A stretch of DNA of 64,000 nucleotides from Histomonas meleagridis 2922-C6/04-290x (taxonomy: Eukaryota > Protista > Parabasalia): contig JAANOX010000205.1 in assembly GCA_020184695.1 (NCBI GenBank), positions 496,001-560,000 on the forward strand, read 5' to 3'. A program made the position numbers and the translations under genes. The notes below the pieces were generated by a model that saw only the letters and a list, made by a program, of their open reading frames with translations, had not been told where the DNA came from and made no database searches. This document shows, piece after piece, positions 40,260-51,573 of this stretch. The first letter of the stretch is position 1; each line of letters starts with the position of its first letter.

Positions 40260-41216
40260 ATGTCAAAGCCTGGCAAATCACCAGTTCTTGATCCCACAGG
40301 GCAGTATCAAAGATTTGATGAGATAATAAACACAGGCACCTCGATTGTTCAATTCAAAGGCTACGCAAATCGCATTGGAATTGAGGTTACTTGGCATGAA
40401 ATAGATATTAACCATCTTAATTCCAACCAAGTAAAATATTTGCTTTCATATTCAGAAACACTAAAGTCACTGAAGTGTGAGTCATTAATGTCATTCCTCC
40501 ATTGTTGGGTTAATGAAGAAAAACATGTTTTGTGCTTCATTACTGAATCATTATCATCATCTTCTATACTTGAACAAGTTGAGCATCAAGCTACAGGTCC
40601 CAAGGCCCTCCGTAAATGGTTTTATGCTGTACTTCAAGCACTTGATTATCTTCATTCAAGGCCAACACCTATTGTTCACAATCATATTACCCTTCCATCA
40701 ATATTTTTGAAGGCATCCACTGGACATATCAAACTCATCCCTCCATTAGTTGATCCACTTGTTTTGAAGTCTGCTCCTAACTCACTCAAACTTCAAAACA
40801 TTACACCCCCAGAGGCTTTGTTTCAGAATCTTTGCCCAGCATCTGATATATGGCAGTTTGGAATCGCATTATTGAGTGCTGCCACACAGACAGATCCATA
40901 TAGCGAGTGCAAAACCCCATTAGAACTTGTTCATAAACTCCAAAACTTCCAGCCTCCAGATTGCGTCAACATGGTAACAGATCCAACTTTAGCTAGCTTA
41001 ATCAGATCTTGTTTAACACCAACATCTCAAAGGCCAAACGCGAGAACGCTTTTATCACATCCATTTTTCACGAATTTCAACCAAAAGGAAACAAAACAAG
41101 AAACAAACATAGGTTTAAATAACGACATATTCCAAGTAATTTACTCCGGAACACCAAACTCTTCAACAACTGATTTGCTAGCACAGGAGCAGACAAATAA
41201 AGGGTCTAACTTATGA
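40260..41216 (+). CDS. WNK/NRBP-like protein kinase fold, predicted pseudokinase
   Basis: GIEVTWHEI, FITESLSS, PIVH, DIWQFG, ECKTP..L; catalytic HRD is HNH and DFG is absent (LIPP). Confidence 0.85.
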   Translation: MSKPGKSPVLDPTGQYQRFDEIINTGTSIVQFKGYANRIGIEVTWHEIDINHLNSNQVKYLLSYSETLKSLKCESLMSFLHCWVNEEKHVLCFITESLSSSSILEQVEHQATGPKALRKWFYAVLQALDYLHSRPTPIVHNHITLPSIFLKASTGHIKLIPPLVDPLVLKSAPNSLKLQNITPPEALFQNLCPASDIWQFGIALLSAATQTDPYSECKTPLELVHKLQNFQPPDCVNMVTDPTLASLIRSCLTPTSQRPNARTLLSHPFFTNFNQKETKQETNIGLNNDIFQVIYSGTPNSSTTDLLAQEQTNKGSNL

Positions 41217-41836
41217 TGAAAATGGTGGGAAAATGTCCCTAATCGATTTTGCCCATCAAAAGTCATCTCTAAAGTAGAGGAGGCAACGTTCACTACAGAC
41301 TAAAGTAAACAATTGACCAAAAGAAATGTTTTAGATATACAAAATCTTCTTTTTGATGGAAATTTTGTTGTATGGACACTTTTGGCTAAATTTGATCGTG
41401 CAAATCCTCAAAAAGTTTTATGGCTGAATTAGCACTCAAATAAATGTAAACATAAAGAAAAGTGAATTCGATGATTTTTTTGGAAAATTTTCCTTTTTCC
41501 TAAGTTTTTCCTAAAAATCGAAATTTAAAACCCCAAAAATTCATTCATCAAACAAAGGTTTTTTGAATGCGCATTTGTTTTAATGGTTTTTAATGTATTA
41601 AATTTAATTTAAGATTTTTTAAAACATAGTAAATCCTATAGAAAACAAGATGAAAAACCATTTCGACAGGTTCATAAGAGTTTTTATGTACTAAACCTCG
41701 AAATTTCTGCCTGACGATAGAGATTGGAAAAAAAGATTTTTTGAAAATGCCAAAGTCTTCCAGTTTTTGAATGCTTTGGACCAATTAATTTTTGTGGTTT
41801 TGACTAACTCTGGTCGATTCCATCCACACAAAATTA

Positions 41837-42022
41837 ATGACAAGAGGAGCACAAAGGGAGCGTGAAAAGGCACGTGCTGAAGCTAGAAATGCAAAACACC
41901 AAAAGAAAGGTGCTGGAGGAAATGCTAATCAACGTCGTGAAAGAGATGCAGAATTAATGAGACAAAAGCAACAAGCATCAGAACAAAGGAAAGCAGCAGC
42001 TGCAGCAGCTCACGGTTCCTAA
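41837..42022 (+). CDS. SERF: Small EDRK-rich factor (SERF/4F5 family)
   Basis: MTRGxQRE...A..K and RRERDAExMRQKQ signature. Confidence 0.92.
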   Translation: MTRGAQREREKARAEARNAKHQKKGAGGNANQRRERDAELMRQKQQASEQRKAAAAAAHGS

Positions 42023-42250
42023 AGGTTTTCATTAATAAAAGTTCAAAGCATCAATATATCAACATTAAATTTAAATTAACACAAATTTCATACATTTTAT
42101 TTATAACTGTGGGTCAAACAAATCATGTTTATTATATTTTTTAAATTATTAATAATTACTAATATTAGTAATTCTGATTTACAATATTTTATTATTTCTT
42201 TAATAATACAATATTTAAAATAATAATTCTCATCAAAAAAGGCCGATAAA

Positions 42251-43474
42251 TTATTTTTGTTTTCTGACGAATTTAATAACATTTTCCATTTGTTTCACTT
42301 GGGCAAACATTTTTCGATATACCTCTGATCCTTGTTTAGAATCCTTTATAAATTCTTCTATAACTTTACTTTTACATATCAAATATTCTAAAGAATTTAC
42401 ATTTGAAATTTTTCTTGATGAAATTTCATGGAAAACATTTTGAATGAAATTTTCGTCATTAAAATCTGCATTAATTTTACCAGATGCGATTATTAATATT
42501 CCGAAAATGAATTTCCAAATTAAATTTTGGATTTGATGGTATGGGTAAATGCCAACACTTTTATATATAGCAACTTCTTTTTTGATTAATTCATTGATTT
42601 TTTGATGAAGGAAAATAAACATATTATTGTTAATGAATGTTGTATCATATATTGTTATGTTGGAAAAGTCAATATTCACAACTTGCTTAGGCTTGTTTTG
42701 TACATTTTGATGGTTTAAAAGTGTTTTAAATAAAACGCCGGAAATGTAAATTGGACAATTCATACTTGTATATACTTTGGAATTAGCAATAGTAAAAAAT
42801 AAGTATGGCCATTTCAAGGGATATATAAGTGACAATAACCCAATGGAAGAAATTGATATCTGTGAATTGGAAAATGAGGTGATGACTGTTGAAAATCCGC
42901 ACAGCAAACTTGTAATAAGACGAAGTATTTGGGATGGCTTTAAAATGGAAAACATATACATTTGAAGTTTAGGAAGTGAAAACTCTGATGAAATTTTTGG
43001 CTGAATTTCTTTTGATAATGTTGAGGGCTTGCGAAAATAACTTTCAAGCATACTACTAACATCAGAATTACCACCTGCTATAGCTGTATTTAATAAATTA
43101 TCTAATAATTCTTTGAAAAAATTAATGTATAAAAAATTTGATTCAAGCATCAATGTGACAACAGAGTTTTGTATGGTTTCACATTTTTTTTCTTTGCAAA
43201 CAAATTTGGTTTTTGATTTATTTTGATATGTTAATGAATATATAAAATAAATTTTCCCTGTATTAATAACAGATACTTCAAAAGACGGCTTGGACGGGTC
43301 TGTAACATTTTCAAATGAAGGAAAACATTGACATACTGATGTACATTTTTGTGAGTATGTTGGATATAATAGCAATCTTACAGGTGCAATGCCAGTTGCA
43401 CTTGCTTCCCATACACTAAAATTTTTTATTAATTTTTTGACTGGGGCGTAAGTCTTGAAAAATTGTTCTCCCAT
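42251..43474 (-). CDS. DENN-domain protein (Rab GEF-like)
   Basis: LLCGFSTVITSFSNSQIS...LLSLIYPLKWPY matches the cDENN core. Confidence 0.75.
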   Translation of the reverse strand: MGEQFFKTYAPVKKLIKNFSVWEASATGIAPVRLLLYPTYSQKCTSVCQCFPSFENVTDPSKPSFEVSVINTGKIYFIYSLTYQNKSKTKFVCKEKKCETIQNSVVTLMLESNFLYINFFKELLDNLLNTAIAGGNSDVSSMLESYFRKPSTLSKEIQPKISSEFSLPKLQMYMFSILKPSQILRLITSLLCGFSTVITSFSNSQISISSIGLLSLIYPLKWPYLFFTIANSKVYTSMNCPIYISGVLFKTLLNHQNVQNKPKQVVNIDFSNITIYDTTFINNNMFIFLHQKINELIKKEVAIYKSVGIYPYHQIQNLIWKFIFGILIIASGKINADFNDENFIQNVFHEISSRKISNVNSLEYLICKSKVIEEFIKDSKQGSEVYRKMFAQVKQMENVIKFVRKQK

Positions 43475-44409
43475 CCTCTCAAGGTTAACGTTCCATATTT
43501 ACTTTTTGAATGTTGTAAAACTGGGTTGAAGACTTTTTATGAAGTCGGTTCAGCGTGAATTTGATTTAACCAACAAATATCTTAGAATAGGATTATAAAA
43601 ATTGCAAAATAAAATGATTTTATTTACATAGGGAGAATAGAGTGGATGATGCTTACACTTAATAAATTCTGAAATTCATGAAATCATTCAAATTGATCAA
43701 AAATTTTGATTAAGGTTCTGCTGAGTTGTGCATCAGTTTTTATCGATTTTTGATCAATCTAAGAATAATTAAGAAATTTTATCGAATTTTTTTATTTGCC
43801 AATTTTTGATTTGTTTCTGATAATATAAACCGTTTATCTAGATAATAGATATATTTGTATACTTTATCGAATTCAATATTGAATAGCTCTCAAATATTGG
43901 AACAAACTTGGTCAAATATCAAAGTCCGTCGAACAAAAAATCTAACTTCATTACAAATTTTAAAAAAATAGAAATAATTTTTCTACTCATGCGGTGTCAT
44001 GATAGGCTTCTAAAAATCAAACGAAATAATAATTTTATTATGTTTTAACAAGAAGAATGCAAACAACTTTATATGAAAACAACTTTTTGTGATTACGATA
44101 ATAACTGCTCCGATAGAGTTTTTTGTATTCACTTTTCAAAAAATGTGTTGACATTTTTCTTGCATGCTTGCTTGCTATATTTTAAAATTTCAAGTGGCAA
44201 TGAAAGAGTCTAGTTTAAACTTTACAAGCCAAATGATTCATGGCTTCTGATAGTTTTTTACGGTTGGTGTTGCACCATCCGGTTTTGCTGTTGAAAGTTT
44301 AAATGTTGAAGGAGAAAATAAATCAATAAATCTTTCAAAGATATGAAATATGTTGCTACATCTGGAAATTATGAGTTCATTTATTTAATTATGTAATTAA
44401 TTAATTAAT

Positions 44410-44772
44410 TTAATATGTTTTACATTTGGATTTTTTGGTTTTCTTTTTTGTTTCCTTTTGATTCTTTTGTACTAAAATATGTGCAATTCCTTCAAAAAGT
44501 TCATTAATGTTCTTATGTTCTCGATATGATACTTCTAACACTGGACATCCAAGTTCTTTACCAAGTGCTTGACCAACTCCAATCGGAACTGAATCAGGAT
44601 TTCGTTGTTCACAATTGTTTGCTGAAATAATGCAAGGAATCGTGTCAACTCCTTTAGCACTAACTGCAGTTTTATATAAATCTTTTACACTTGCAAATGT
44701 GAAAAACCGTTTAATGTGTGAATATATCAAAAAGTCTATCGATTTTTTTATTTTGAACATCTTTATCTCCAT
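44410..44772 (-). pseudogene. C-terminal half of a Ras-family GTPase (5'-truncated)
   Basis: IPCIISANNCE (degenerate NKxD), LGCPVLEVS..NINELF, polybasic tail ending CKTY; no GxxxxGK or DTAG found upstream. Confidence 0.6.
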
Positions 44773-44823
44773 AAATAAAAATTAAATGATAAAAAGCAAT
44801 ACACAAAATGTATGTATTTTGGT

Positions 44824-44849
44824 TATATATATATATATATATATATATA
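44824..44849. repeat. (TA)13 microsatellite
   Basis: Direct inspection; shorter (TA)n tracts also occur near 23416 and 61346. Confidence 0.95.
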
Positions 44850-45393
44850 ATGACAATAAAATAGTTTTAATGCAATTCGAATCTAATTATAAATTTTTAA
44901 GAGAGAAAAAAATTATTATGAAAATTACTCATATAATTGAATTTTATATAACAGTCATACTTTTTAATCAAAAAACTTAATTACCACTGCTCACTTCATG
45001 TAAGTCATTTGTTTTCTTCTTATTTCGAGTACTCATTAATTAAATAATAATTGTAATAGTAACGTTGCACCAATAACAATCACTATTACAATTGATACAA
45101 ACATATTTAGTAGTTATAGACATTCATGTCATTTAAGTTAATGATAGTGAAATACATATAATCCTGATGAACGAATAAATAACATACAGATTAGCTTTAG
45201 ATTAATATAGTTTTAATCGATTTTAAAATTATGTATAACTTTTATTAAATATTGAATTTCTTTAAATGGACATTTTAATGTCAATCTGCTTTGTTAACAC
45301 CAGTAACATAACTTGTTTAATGAAGTAAGATTTACCCTTTGAGGGGAATTTTTTTCTGATGTTACTTGGCCAAACCAACTGAATAAAACGCAT

Positions 45394-47814
45394 ATGTTCA
45401 AGAAAACAACTAAAGGAGAAATTTCCAAACTCAGAGATATGCTTGACTCAAATGATAGTCGCCAGCGAAAGATGGCGGCTAATAAAGTTGTTTCATTAAT
45501 GAGAGGTGGTGAAAATATGAGTGCTTTATTTTCTTCAATGCTAAGATGCGTTCGAACAGAAGACCTTCAACTTAAAAAACTCATATATCTTTATCTTGTT
45601 ACATATTCAAGTCAGGAACCAGAACAATCAATTATGACAGTCAGCACGTTTGTTTCAGATTGTGCTGACCCCAACCCAATCGTCAGAGCTCTAGCATTAA
45701 GGACCATGCCACGAATCAAGCTTGAGACTGTAGCAGAACATATGATCTTGCCACTTAAAAAATGTCTCAAAGATCCAGAAGCATATGTCAGAAAAACAGC
45801 AGTATTAGCAGTATCAAAAATATATGACATAATTCCCGAAGCGATTGAAAATTCACAAATTTTAAAAGATCTTCTTGAATGTCTTAAAGATGAAAATCCA
45901 ATGGTTGTTTCAAATACAACAGCAGCTTTATTCGAAATCAATGAAAGACGTGCGAATCCAATCTTTTCTTTAAACGAAAATAATGTTACTCCAATAATAT
46001 CAGCAATGACACAATGCAGTGGATGGGTTCAAACGTTACTTTTAGATGCTCTAGCTCAATACAGACCTGCTAATGATTCTGATGCTTCATTTTTAATTGA
46101 TAGACTTTTACCATTTCTTAAGCATGCAAATCCTGCAGTTGTTATTGGTTCATTTAAATGTATATATAGATTTATGGAATACGATAAACGAACTCCTGAG
46201 GAATTATTCCCACAAATCATCCCACCATTCATAACTTTAATTTCCAGCTCAGATCCTGAAATTCAATTTGTCACATTACGAATTTTGTCACTTTTCGTTA
46301 TAAAGTATCCAAAACTTCTCTCAAATCAAATTCGATTTTTCTTTTGTAAATATAATGATCCAAGCTATGTAAAATTAGAAAAACTTGATATTATAGTTCA
46401 TATTACTACACCTAAAAACTTTACTATTGTTATAGATGAACTTGAAGAATATTGTAATTCAGTTGATGTTCACTTTGTTCGAAAAGCCATTAATTCTCTA
46501 AAGAAGATCGCTCTTAAAGTTGAAGTCGGAGCTCGTCGTTGTGTAGATGTCCTTGTTAAACTTGTTGAAAGTAAAGCTGAATATGCTGTTGAAGAAGCTA
46601 TTATTGTTATAGCCGATATTCTTCGACATTTCCCTGGAATGTTTGAATCCATCATTCAAATAGTTTGTTCCAATCTTGAACAAATCAAAGATTCTCGAGC
46701 GAAAGCAGCTGCCATATGGATACTTGGTGAGTATAACTCCATCATAGAGAACGTTGATGTTTTATTAGATCCATTTTTAGATTCATTTCAAGATGAAATT
46801 CCTGAAGTTCAATTACAAATTTTAACAGCTTTAGTCAAAGTTTATGTACGCAATCCCGAGCAATCTCATGACCAACTTCAATTTGCTCTCAACGCTGCTA
46901 CTAAAGAGAGCGTAATGCCAGATGTCAGAAATCGGGCGATGATTTACTGGCGGTTATTATCGACCGTTGAAAATTCGTTATCGGAGCAGACCGTTAACTT
47001 TTCTAAGCAAACCCGATCAGAAAGTGTCAATACGTATGATCCAGCAATTTTAGAAGAATTAATTAAAAATATGGGAAGTATTTCCGGTGTATTACATGTA
47101 ACCACGGCTAATTTTGTCCGACGTATCAAATATTTACCTGATGAAGATTCCGAAAATGAACTTGAAACAGAAAATATATCACGTAATTGGACACCTATCA
47201 ACTTAGAAGATCCTAATTTAGATCTATTTGTTGATTGGGAATATATGACATTATATTTACGAATATTTAATAAGTCCCAAAATAATATTCATGATTTTGC
47301 TCTAGCTTTTAATAAAAATTGGGCGGGCATAACATTAAAAGAATTACCATATTTTCCAGAATCTTTGGATTATGGCGATTCATGTGAAATTAATATCAAA
47401 CTTTCATATAACGAAAGTCAAATTTCGGATCTAATTAATGACTTACAAATTGCATTAAGGACTAATTTAGGAACGAAAATCTTTAACACGAACATAAATG
47501 TTATAGCTGTTGTTGATTTACCTGAGAATACTTCGATGGAAGCATTACAAAATGAATGGAAAAAGTATAGCAATGATACGAAAATAGAGTTAAATGGTAA
47601 CTTGGCTGACGAGAAAATACTTTCGGAAAGAAAACTGTTCGTCATGTCAAAGGAAAACAATGCGGTAAACGTGGCGTTTAACTTGCCATCGAAAAACGTG
47701 TTTATCGCAAAGTTACAACAAATTAGTAATAATAACGTGGTGGTGTTGGTTCATGGAAACGAAAAGTTCTTCGGTGTAATACAGCAATCAGCTGAAAGCC
47801 TTTTCTGCGCATAA
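45394..47814 (+). CDS. Adaptor protein complex beta subunit (AP-1/AP-2 beta-adaptin)
   Basis: KKLIYLYL, DPNPIVRALALRTM, D..YVRKTA, YNDPSYVKLEKL, DVRNRAxIYWRLL, appendage domain. Confidence 0.96.
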   Translation: MFKKTTKGEISKLRDMLDSNDSRQRKMAANKVVSLMRGGENMSALFSSMLRCVRTEDLQLKKLIYLYLVTYSSQEPEQSIMTVSTFVSDCADPNPIVRALALRTMPRIKLETVAEHMILPLKKCLKDPEAYVRKTAVLAVSKIYDIIPEAIENSQILKDLLECLKDENPMVVSNTTAALFEINERRANPIFSLNENNVTPIISAMTQCSGWVQTLLLDALAQYRPANDSDASFLIDRLLPFLKHANPAVVIGSFKCIYRFMEYDKRTPEELFPQIIPPFITLISSSDPEIQFVTLRILSLFVIKYPKLLSNQIRFFFCKYNDPSYVKLEKLDIIVHITTPKNFTIVIDELEEYCNSVDVHFVRKAINSLKKIALKVEVGARRCVDVLVKLVESKAEYAVEEAIIVIADILRHFPGMFESIIQIVCSNLEQIKDSRAKAAAIWILGEYNSIIENVDVLLDPFLDSFQDEIPEVQLQILTALVKVYVRNPEQSHDQLQFALNAATKESVMPDVRNRAMIYWRLLSTVENSLSEQTVNFSKQTRSESVNTYDPAILEELIKNMGSISGVLHVTTANFVRRIKYLPDEDSENELETENISRNWTPINLEDPNLDLFVDWEYMTLYLRIFNKSQNNIHDFALAFNKNWAGITLKELPYFPESLDYGDSCEINIKLSYNESQISDLINDLQIALRTNLGTKIFNTNINVIAVVDLPENTSMEALQNEWKKYSNDTKIELNGNLADEKILSERKLFVMSKENNAVNVAFNLPSKNVFIAKLQQISNNNVVVLVHGNEKFFGVIQQSAESLFCA

Positions 47815-48378
47815 GAAAAAACTTTATAAAACTATAAAAAATTTATATTTTTTGTTTTCGTTTTTGATAATAAAAGAGAATGAAATATATATATAAAGGC
47901 AAAAAGATTGTTTATGTTTTGAGATCTCTTTCTTCAAGAAAGCATTTTCATTAATTTGAAATGATGGAATAAAGTGGAAGAAATCAGTATGAAACAAATA
48001 TTAGAAGTAAAAGATGGATATGCTTTAAAATTGTGGGTGGATTATATGTTTGTTGTTGAAAGCATTGGTATTTCTGGTTGCAACTTTAAAATATTTGTGA
48101 ACGTGAAAAAAAATGGATGTATTTTTTGAACAACAAATTAGTGAATATTTCATAATGATGAGAGAATAACAAATTTCTTTTTCATTATGGAATTGGTAAC
48201 AACAAAATAACCGGTTCATATGGAATAATTACAATAAAATAATTTTTATTATTATAATATTATTATAATTGATACAATTTATCAAGATAAGTAATTTAGA
48301 AAAAAAAGTGAACAAGCAGAACTTTACGACCGTTTACAAACGTATTCAGTGTGAGTTAGAGATAAAAAATTTCTTTGC

Positions 48379-49074
48379 ATGCCAATTCCACCCCATATCA
48401 AAGAAAAATGTATTGAAATAATGAACAAGCTCATGGAAAGACCATGCTCTTCCTTGTTTTTGACCCCTGTTAATCCAGAAAGAGATGGAGCTCCTGATTA
48501 TTATAATGTTGTTAAGAAACCTGTAGACCTTGGAACTATTAAAAAGAGACTCGAAGACGACGAGTATCAAAGCGTTAATGCATGGGCCCGTGAAATGAGT
48601 CTTATATGGGGAAATGCAGAAAAGTTCAATGGAAAAGATTCTATTTTATTTTATCTTGCATTAGAAATCAAAAAACACTTTGAAAAGGAGTACCAAAACA
48701 TAGCTGATCTTAGTCTTCAATCATGGATTCAAACAGTTAGCAAACTAAAAGATAAATTAGATGATCTTCTTGATGAACCACCAGAGCCAATAACCAAATT
48801 TGCGACTGTGTCGGAAAAGCCAGATCCAAATCAGCTTAAGCCTTTTACAGATGAGGAAATGGATGCTTTCATCAAATCAACAATGTATTTATCAAGTAAG
48901 CAAGACATGAAAAAAATGCTTCATATAATCCGTTCATATGAGCCGCACTTCGCAACTCCAAGTCCAGACATGGAAATAGATGTGAACACATTATCTGTAA
49001 GTACTCTTTTTGCAATGAGAAACTACGTTAACCAGCGTTTAAAAGATTTATCTATTACAATTCCCAAAAACTGA
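48379..49074 (+). CDS. Single-bromodomain protein with C-terminal ET-like domain
   Basis: F..PV.PERDGAPDYY.VVKKP.DL.TI, IWxNA..FN; EIDVNTLS..TL; M3-like GACCGTTTA at 48328-48336. Confidence 0.92.
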   Translation: MPIPPHIKEKCIEIMNKLMERPCSSLFLTPVNPERDGAPDYYNVVKKPVDLGTIKKRLEDDEYQSVNAWAREMSLIWGNAEKFNGKDSILFYLALEIKKHFEKEYQNIADLSLQSWIQTVSKLKDKLDDLLDEPPEPITKFATVSEKPDPNQLKPFTDEEMDAFIKSTMYLSSKQDMKKMLHIIRSYEPHFATPSPDMEIDVNTLSVSTLFAMRNYVNQRLKDLSITIPKN

Positions 49075-49467
49075 TTATTATGAATAAACATGTATCCAAA
49101 TTCAATTTAGACGTTAACAACTAACATCATATGATTGACTCACTGACCAGAAGACATTCTATTACTGGTATTAGTAAATATAATGATGGGAAACAAAAGC
49201 GAAACTTAAAAAATTTTGTCAAGATTTAGAAAATCCGTCATTATGTAAAGTTCACAAAAAAAAATTACCAAATTTTGACAAACTCAATTACTCTTGAATT
49301 CTCTGCATTGTAATTGCTTTAATTTTCACCAAAGCATGCATTTCGAAAGTCGAACAGATATCTTCAATTGTATTACACATTTCTTTTTTGGTGAGAAGCT
49401 TTCTCCCTTTTGTTACAATGTAAAATTTTCGTTTCAATTTTTGGCACTTTTTATTTCAAAAAATCAA

Positions 49468-50220
49468 ATGATAATTGGGAAAGAAGAGACACTTCTCAAG
49501 AACGTTCCTGTAGAAGTGTGGAATTCTCTACCACAACCTGACAGGGATGCATTATTCAACTTGAAAAACCAATTAAATCAGAAACCAAAACAGAATGGAA
49601 AATTTCATAAAACATTTCATACCGAACTCGAAAAAATTAGGGATTACGTGAATAAAAGCGAGTCACTTCAACAAGAACGTTCAATCGTTGCAGGAGTTCA
49701 TTTTGCACCAAATTTACTATGCGTCAATACACAACAACTTAAAAAACTTTTAAACAGATGTAAATCCAGCATAAATAATAGTTTTCAACAGTTAGGATTT
49801 CTCTCAACTAAATCTAAAGTGAGGAAATATATTGAATCTTATTTACCAATATTACAAAAATATCCAAAAATCTTACGACAGTGGACAGTGCGGTACTCAG
49901 AGCCACCTAAGCCTGCAATACAATTTAAAAAAATATTTCTTCCAAAACGAATTCAATATCCTGTTCCAATGATTATTCCTTCTGCACCAGCTGAGATGCC
50001 AAGTCTGAGCATAAGCTGTAGTGCGACCGATCCTGTAAATAATCATGAAATCAACTTTTATGATGACTTTACAAATGACAAAGATCCATATCCATTTACA
50101 CCAATGGACGATGATAGCCAAATGACGTTTGAATGGGATATAATCGATAAAGGCAACAATGACTTGTCATTTCAAAGTGAATTTAATGATGAGCCAACAA
50201 TTGATTATCAAAATGATTGA
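49468..50220 (+). CDS. Initiator-binding-domain (IBP39-like IBD) protein
   Basis: VNTQQLKKLLNRCKSSINNSFQQLGF and RQWTVR are IBD hallmarks; start set at the first ATG (MIIGKEE). Confidence 0.85.
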   Translation: MIIGKEETLLKNVPVEVWNSLPQPDRDALFNLKNQLNQKPKQNGKFHKTFHTELEKIRDYVNKSESLQQERSIVAGVHFAPNLLCVNTQQLKKLLNRCKSSINNSFQQLGFLSTKSKVRKYIESYLPILQKYPKILRQWTVRYSEPPKPAIQFKKIFLPKRIQYPVPMIIPSAPAEMPSLSISCSATDPVNNHEINFYDDFTNDKDPYPFTPMDDDSQMTFEWDIIDKGNNDLSFQSEFNDEPTIDYQND

Positions 50221-50600
50221 ACAAACTTTCACTTTAATACATACTTTAGTAACAAAAAACCGATAGAGCTTATAAATATGATAAAAATAAACTATAATAT
50301 TAATATAGATAATTTTAATTTTCAAAAAAATTTAAACAAAATTATGTAACATAAATTGGTGTCAAGAAATAAAAACTGTGTATAAGTTTTGCTTACCATA
50401 AATTATTTTGTCGCATGAAATTGATTTCAAGGATTATATTGTTTGTGAGAAAAGAATGCGAAAGAATACTAGACGTAAATACAATTATAATTTGGATTAA
50501 ATAATGAATAGTAATTATCATCATGGTTTTCAACTTTTCATCAAAATTTCAAATTCTTAAAAGTGAATAAACGTTCAATTTTTCTGCAACCACAAAACAA

Positions 50601-51356
50601 ATGGATTTCGATACAATTGTAACGCTCTTCGTATATAACATCGCGCCTACTCTTCCAGATACATTTGTAAGGCGCGTTCTTGATCAGTGCGGTAATGTAA
50701 CACAATGGAGAAGAGTATCAGGTGTAAAAAATGATCCAACAGATTTCGGGTTTGTTGATTTTGCATCACCAAAAGATGCGCTTTGTGCTCTCAGAGTAAT
50801 ACCCCAGATAAAAATCCTTGATCTTCAATGGCAAGTCAAAATAGACAAAAATTTACAAGACGATTTAGATTCTTTTGAACAAGCAAGTAAAATGAGAACC
50901 GGATATGACCCTGCTAAAGAGAGGAGGGCAGACCAAATCATTGTACAGATGGTAAATGAAATTGTTGCAAGCTCAGCATTTGCAAAAAATGTTCAAAGAC
51001 TCACAGATGTTTTGTTTTCTGAAAACGACGATGACAGAGCAGGTGAGCACTACAGATATATGAACGAAATGCGTCATGAAAACAACAAATATGAAGAAAT
51101 ATTTCGAAATGATTTAATCAAATGGAAAAAAGTAGAAGTAAATTACCAACGAGAAATCGAAGAAATGAAAAGAGCAAATGAACAAACAGCAGAAAGAAAG
51201 GAACGAGAAGAGTTTCTTCTAAATTGGGAAATCCCCATCGATGAACCAGAAAACCATGCAGAATACATCGAAAAGTGGAAAAGGTTCACTGATTACCAAA
51301 AAGAAAGAAAAATTTTGCGAAAAAGAGAGAAAGAACTGGAAAAGCTTACGGATTAA
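50601..51356 (+). CDS. RRM protein, RBM25/Snu71-like (no PWI domain seen)
   Basis: FVYNI...VLDQCGNVTQWRRVSG..FGFVDF.SP.DALCALR matches the RBM25 RRM; charged coiled tail. Confidence 0.78.
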   Translation: MDFDTIVTLFVYNIAPTLPDTFVRRVLDQCGNVTQWRRVSGVKNDPTDFGFVDFASPKDALCALRVIPQIKILDLQWQVKIDKNLQDDLDSFEQASKMRTGYDPAKERRADQIIVQMVNEIVASSAFAKNVQRLTDVLFSENDDDRAGEHYRYMNEMRHENNKYEEIFRNDLIKWKKVEVNYQREIEEMKRANEQTAERKEREEFLLNWEIPIDEPENHAEYIEKWKRFTDYQKERKILRKREKELEKLTD

Positions 51357-51573
51357 ACAAAACTTTGTGTTTTATGCCTTTGTCTTGATGCTTCCAAACA
51401 AATCATTTTAAAAAAATATGTTAAAATTTCGAGAAAAGCTTTAATTATAAGCTCCGACACACACTTTTGGAATAAAATTTTCTTTTTTCTTTTCATCTGT
51501 AATGAATTAACGGTCCATGACTTTTGATATGAAATTAAATCAGATTTAAAATATAAATTTTACTCCAGAGCCA

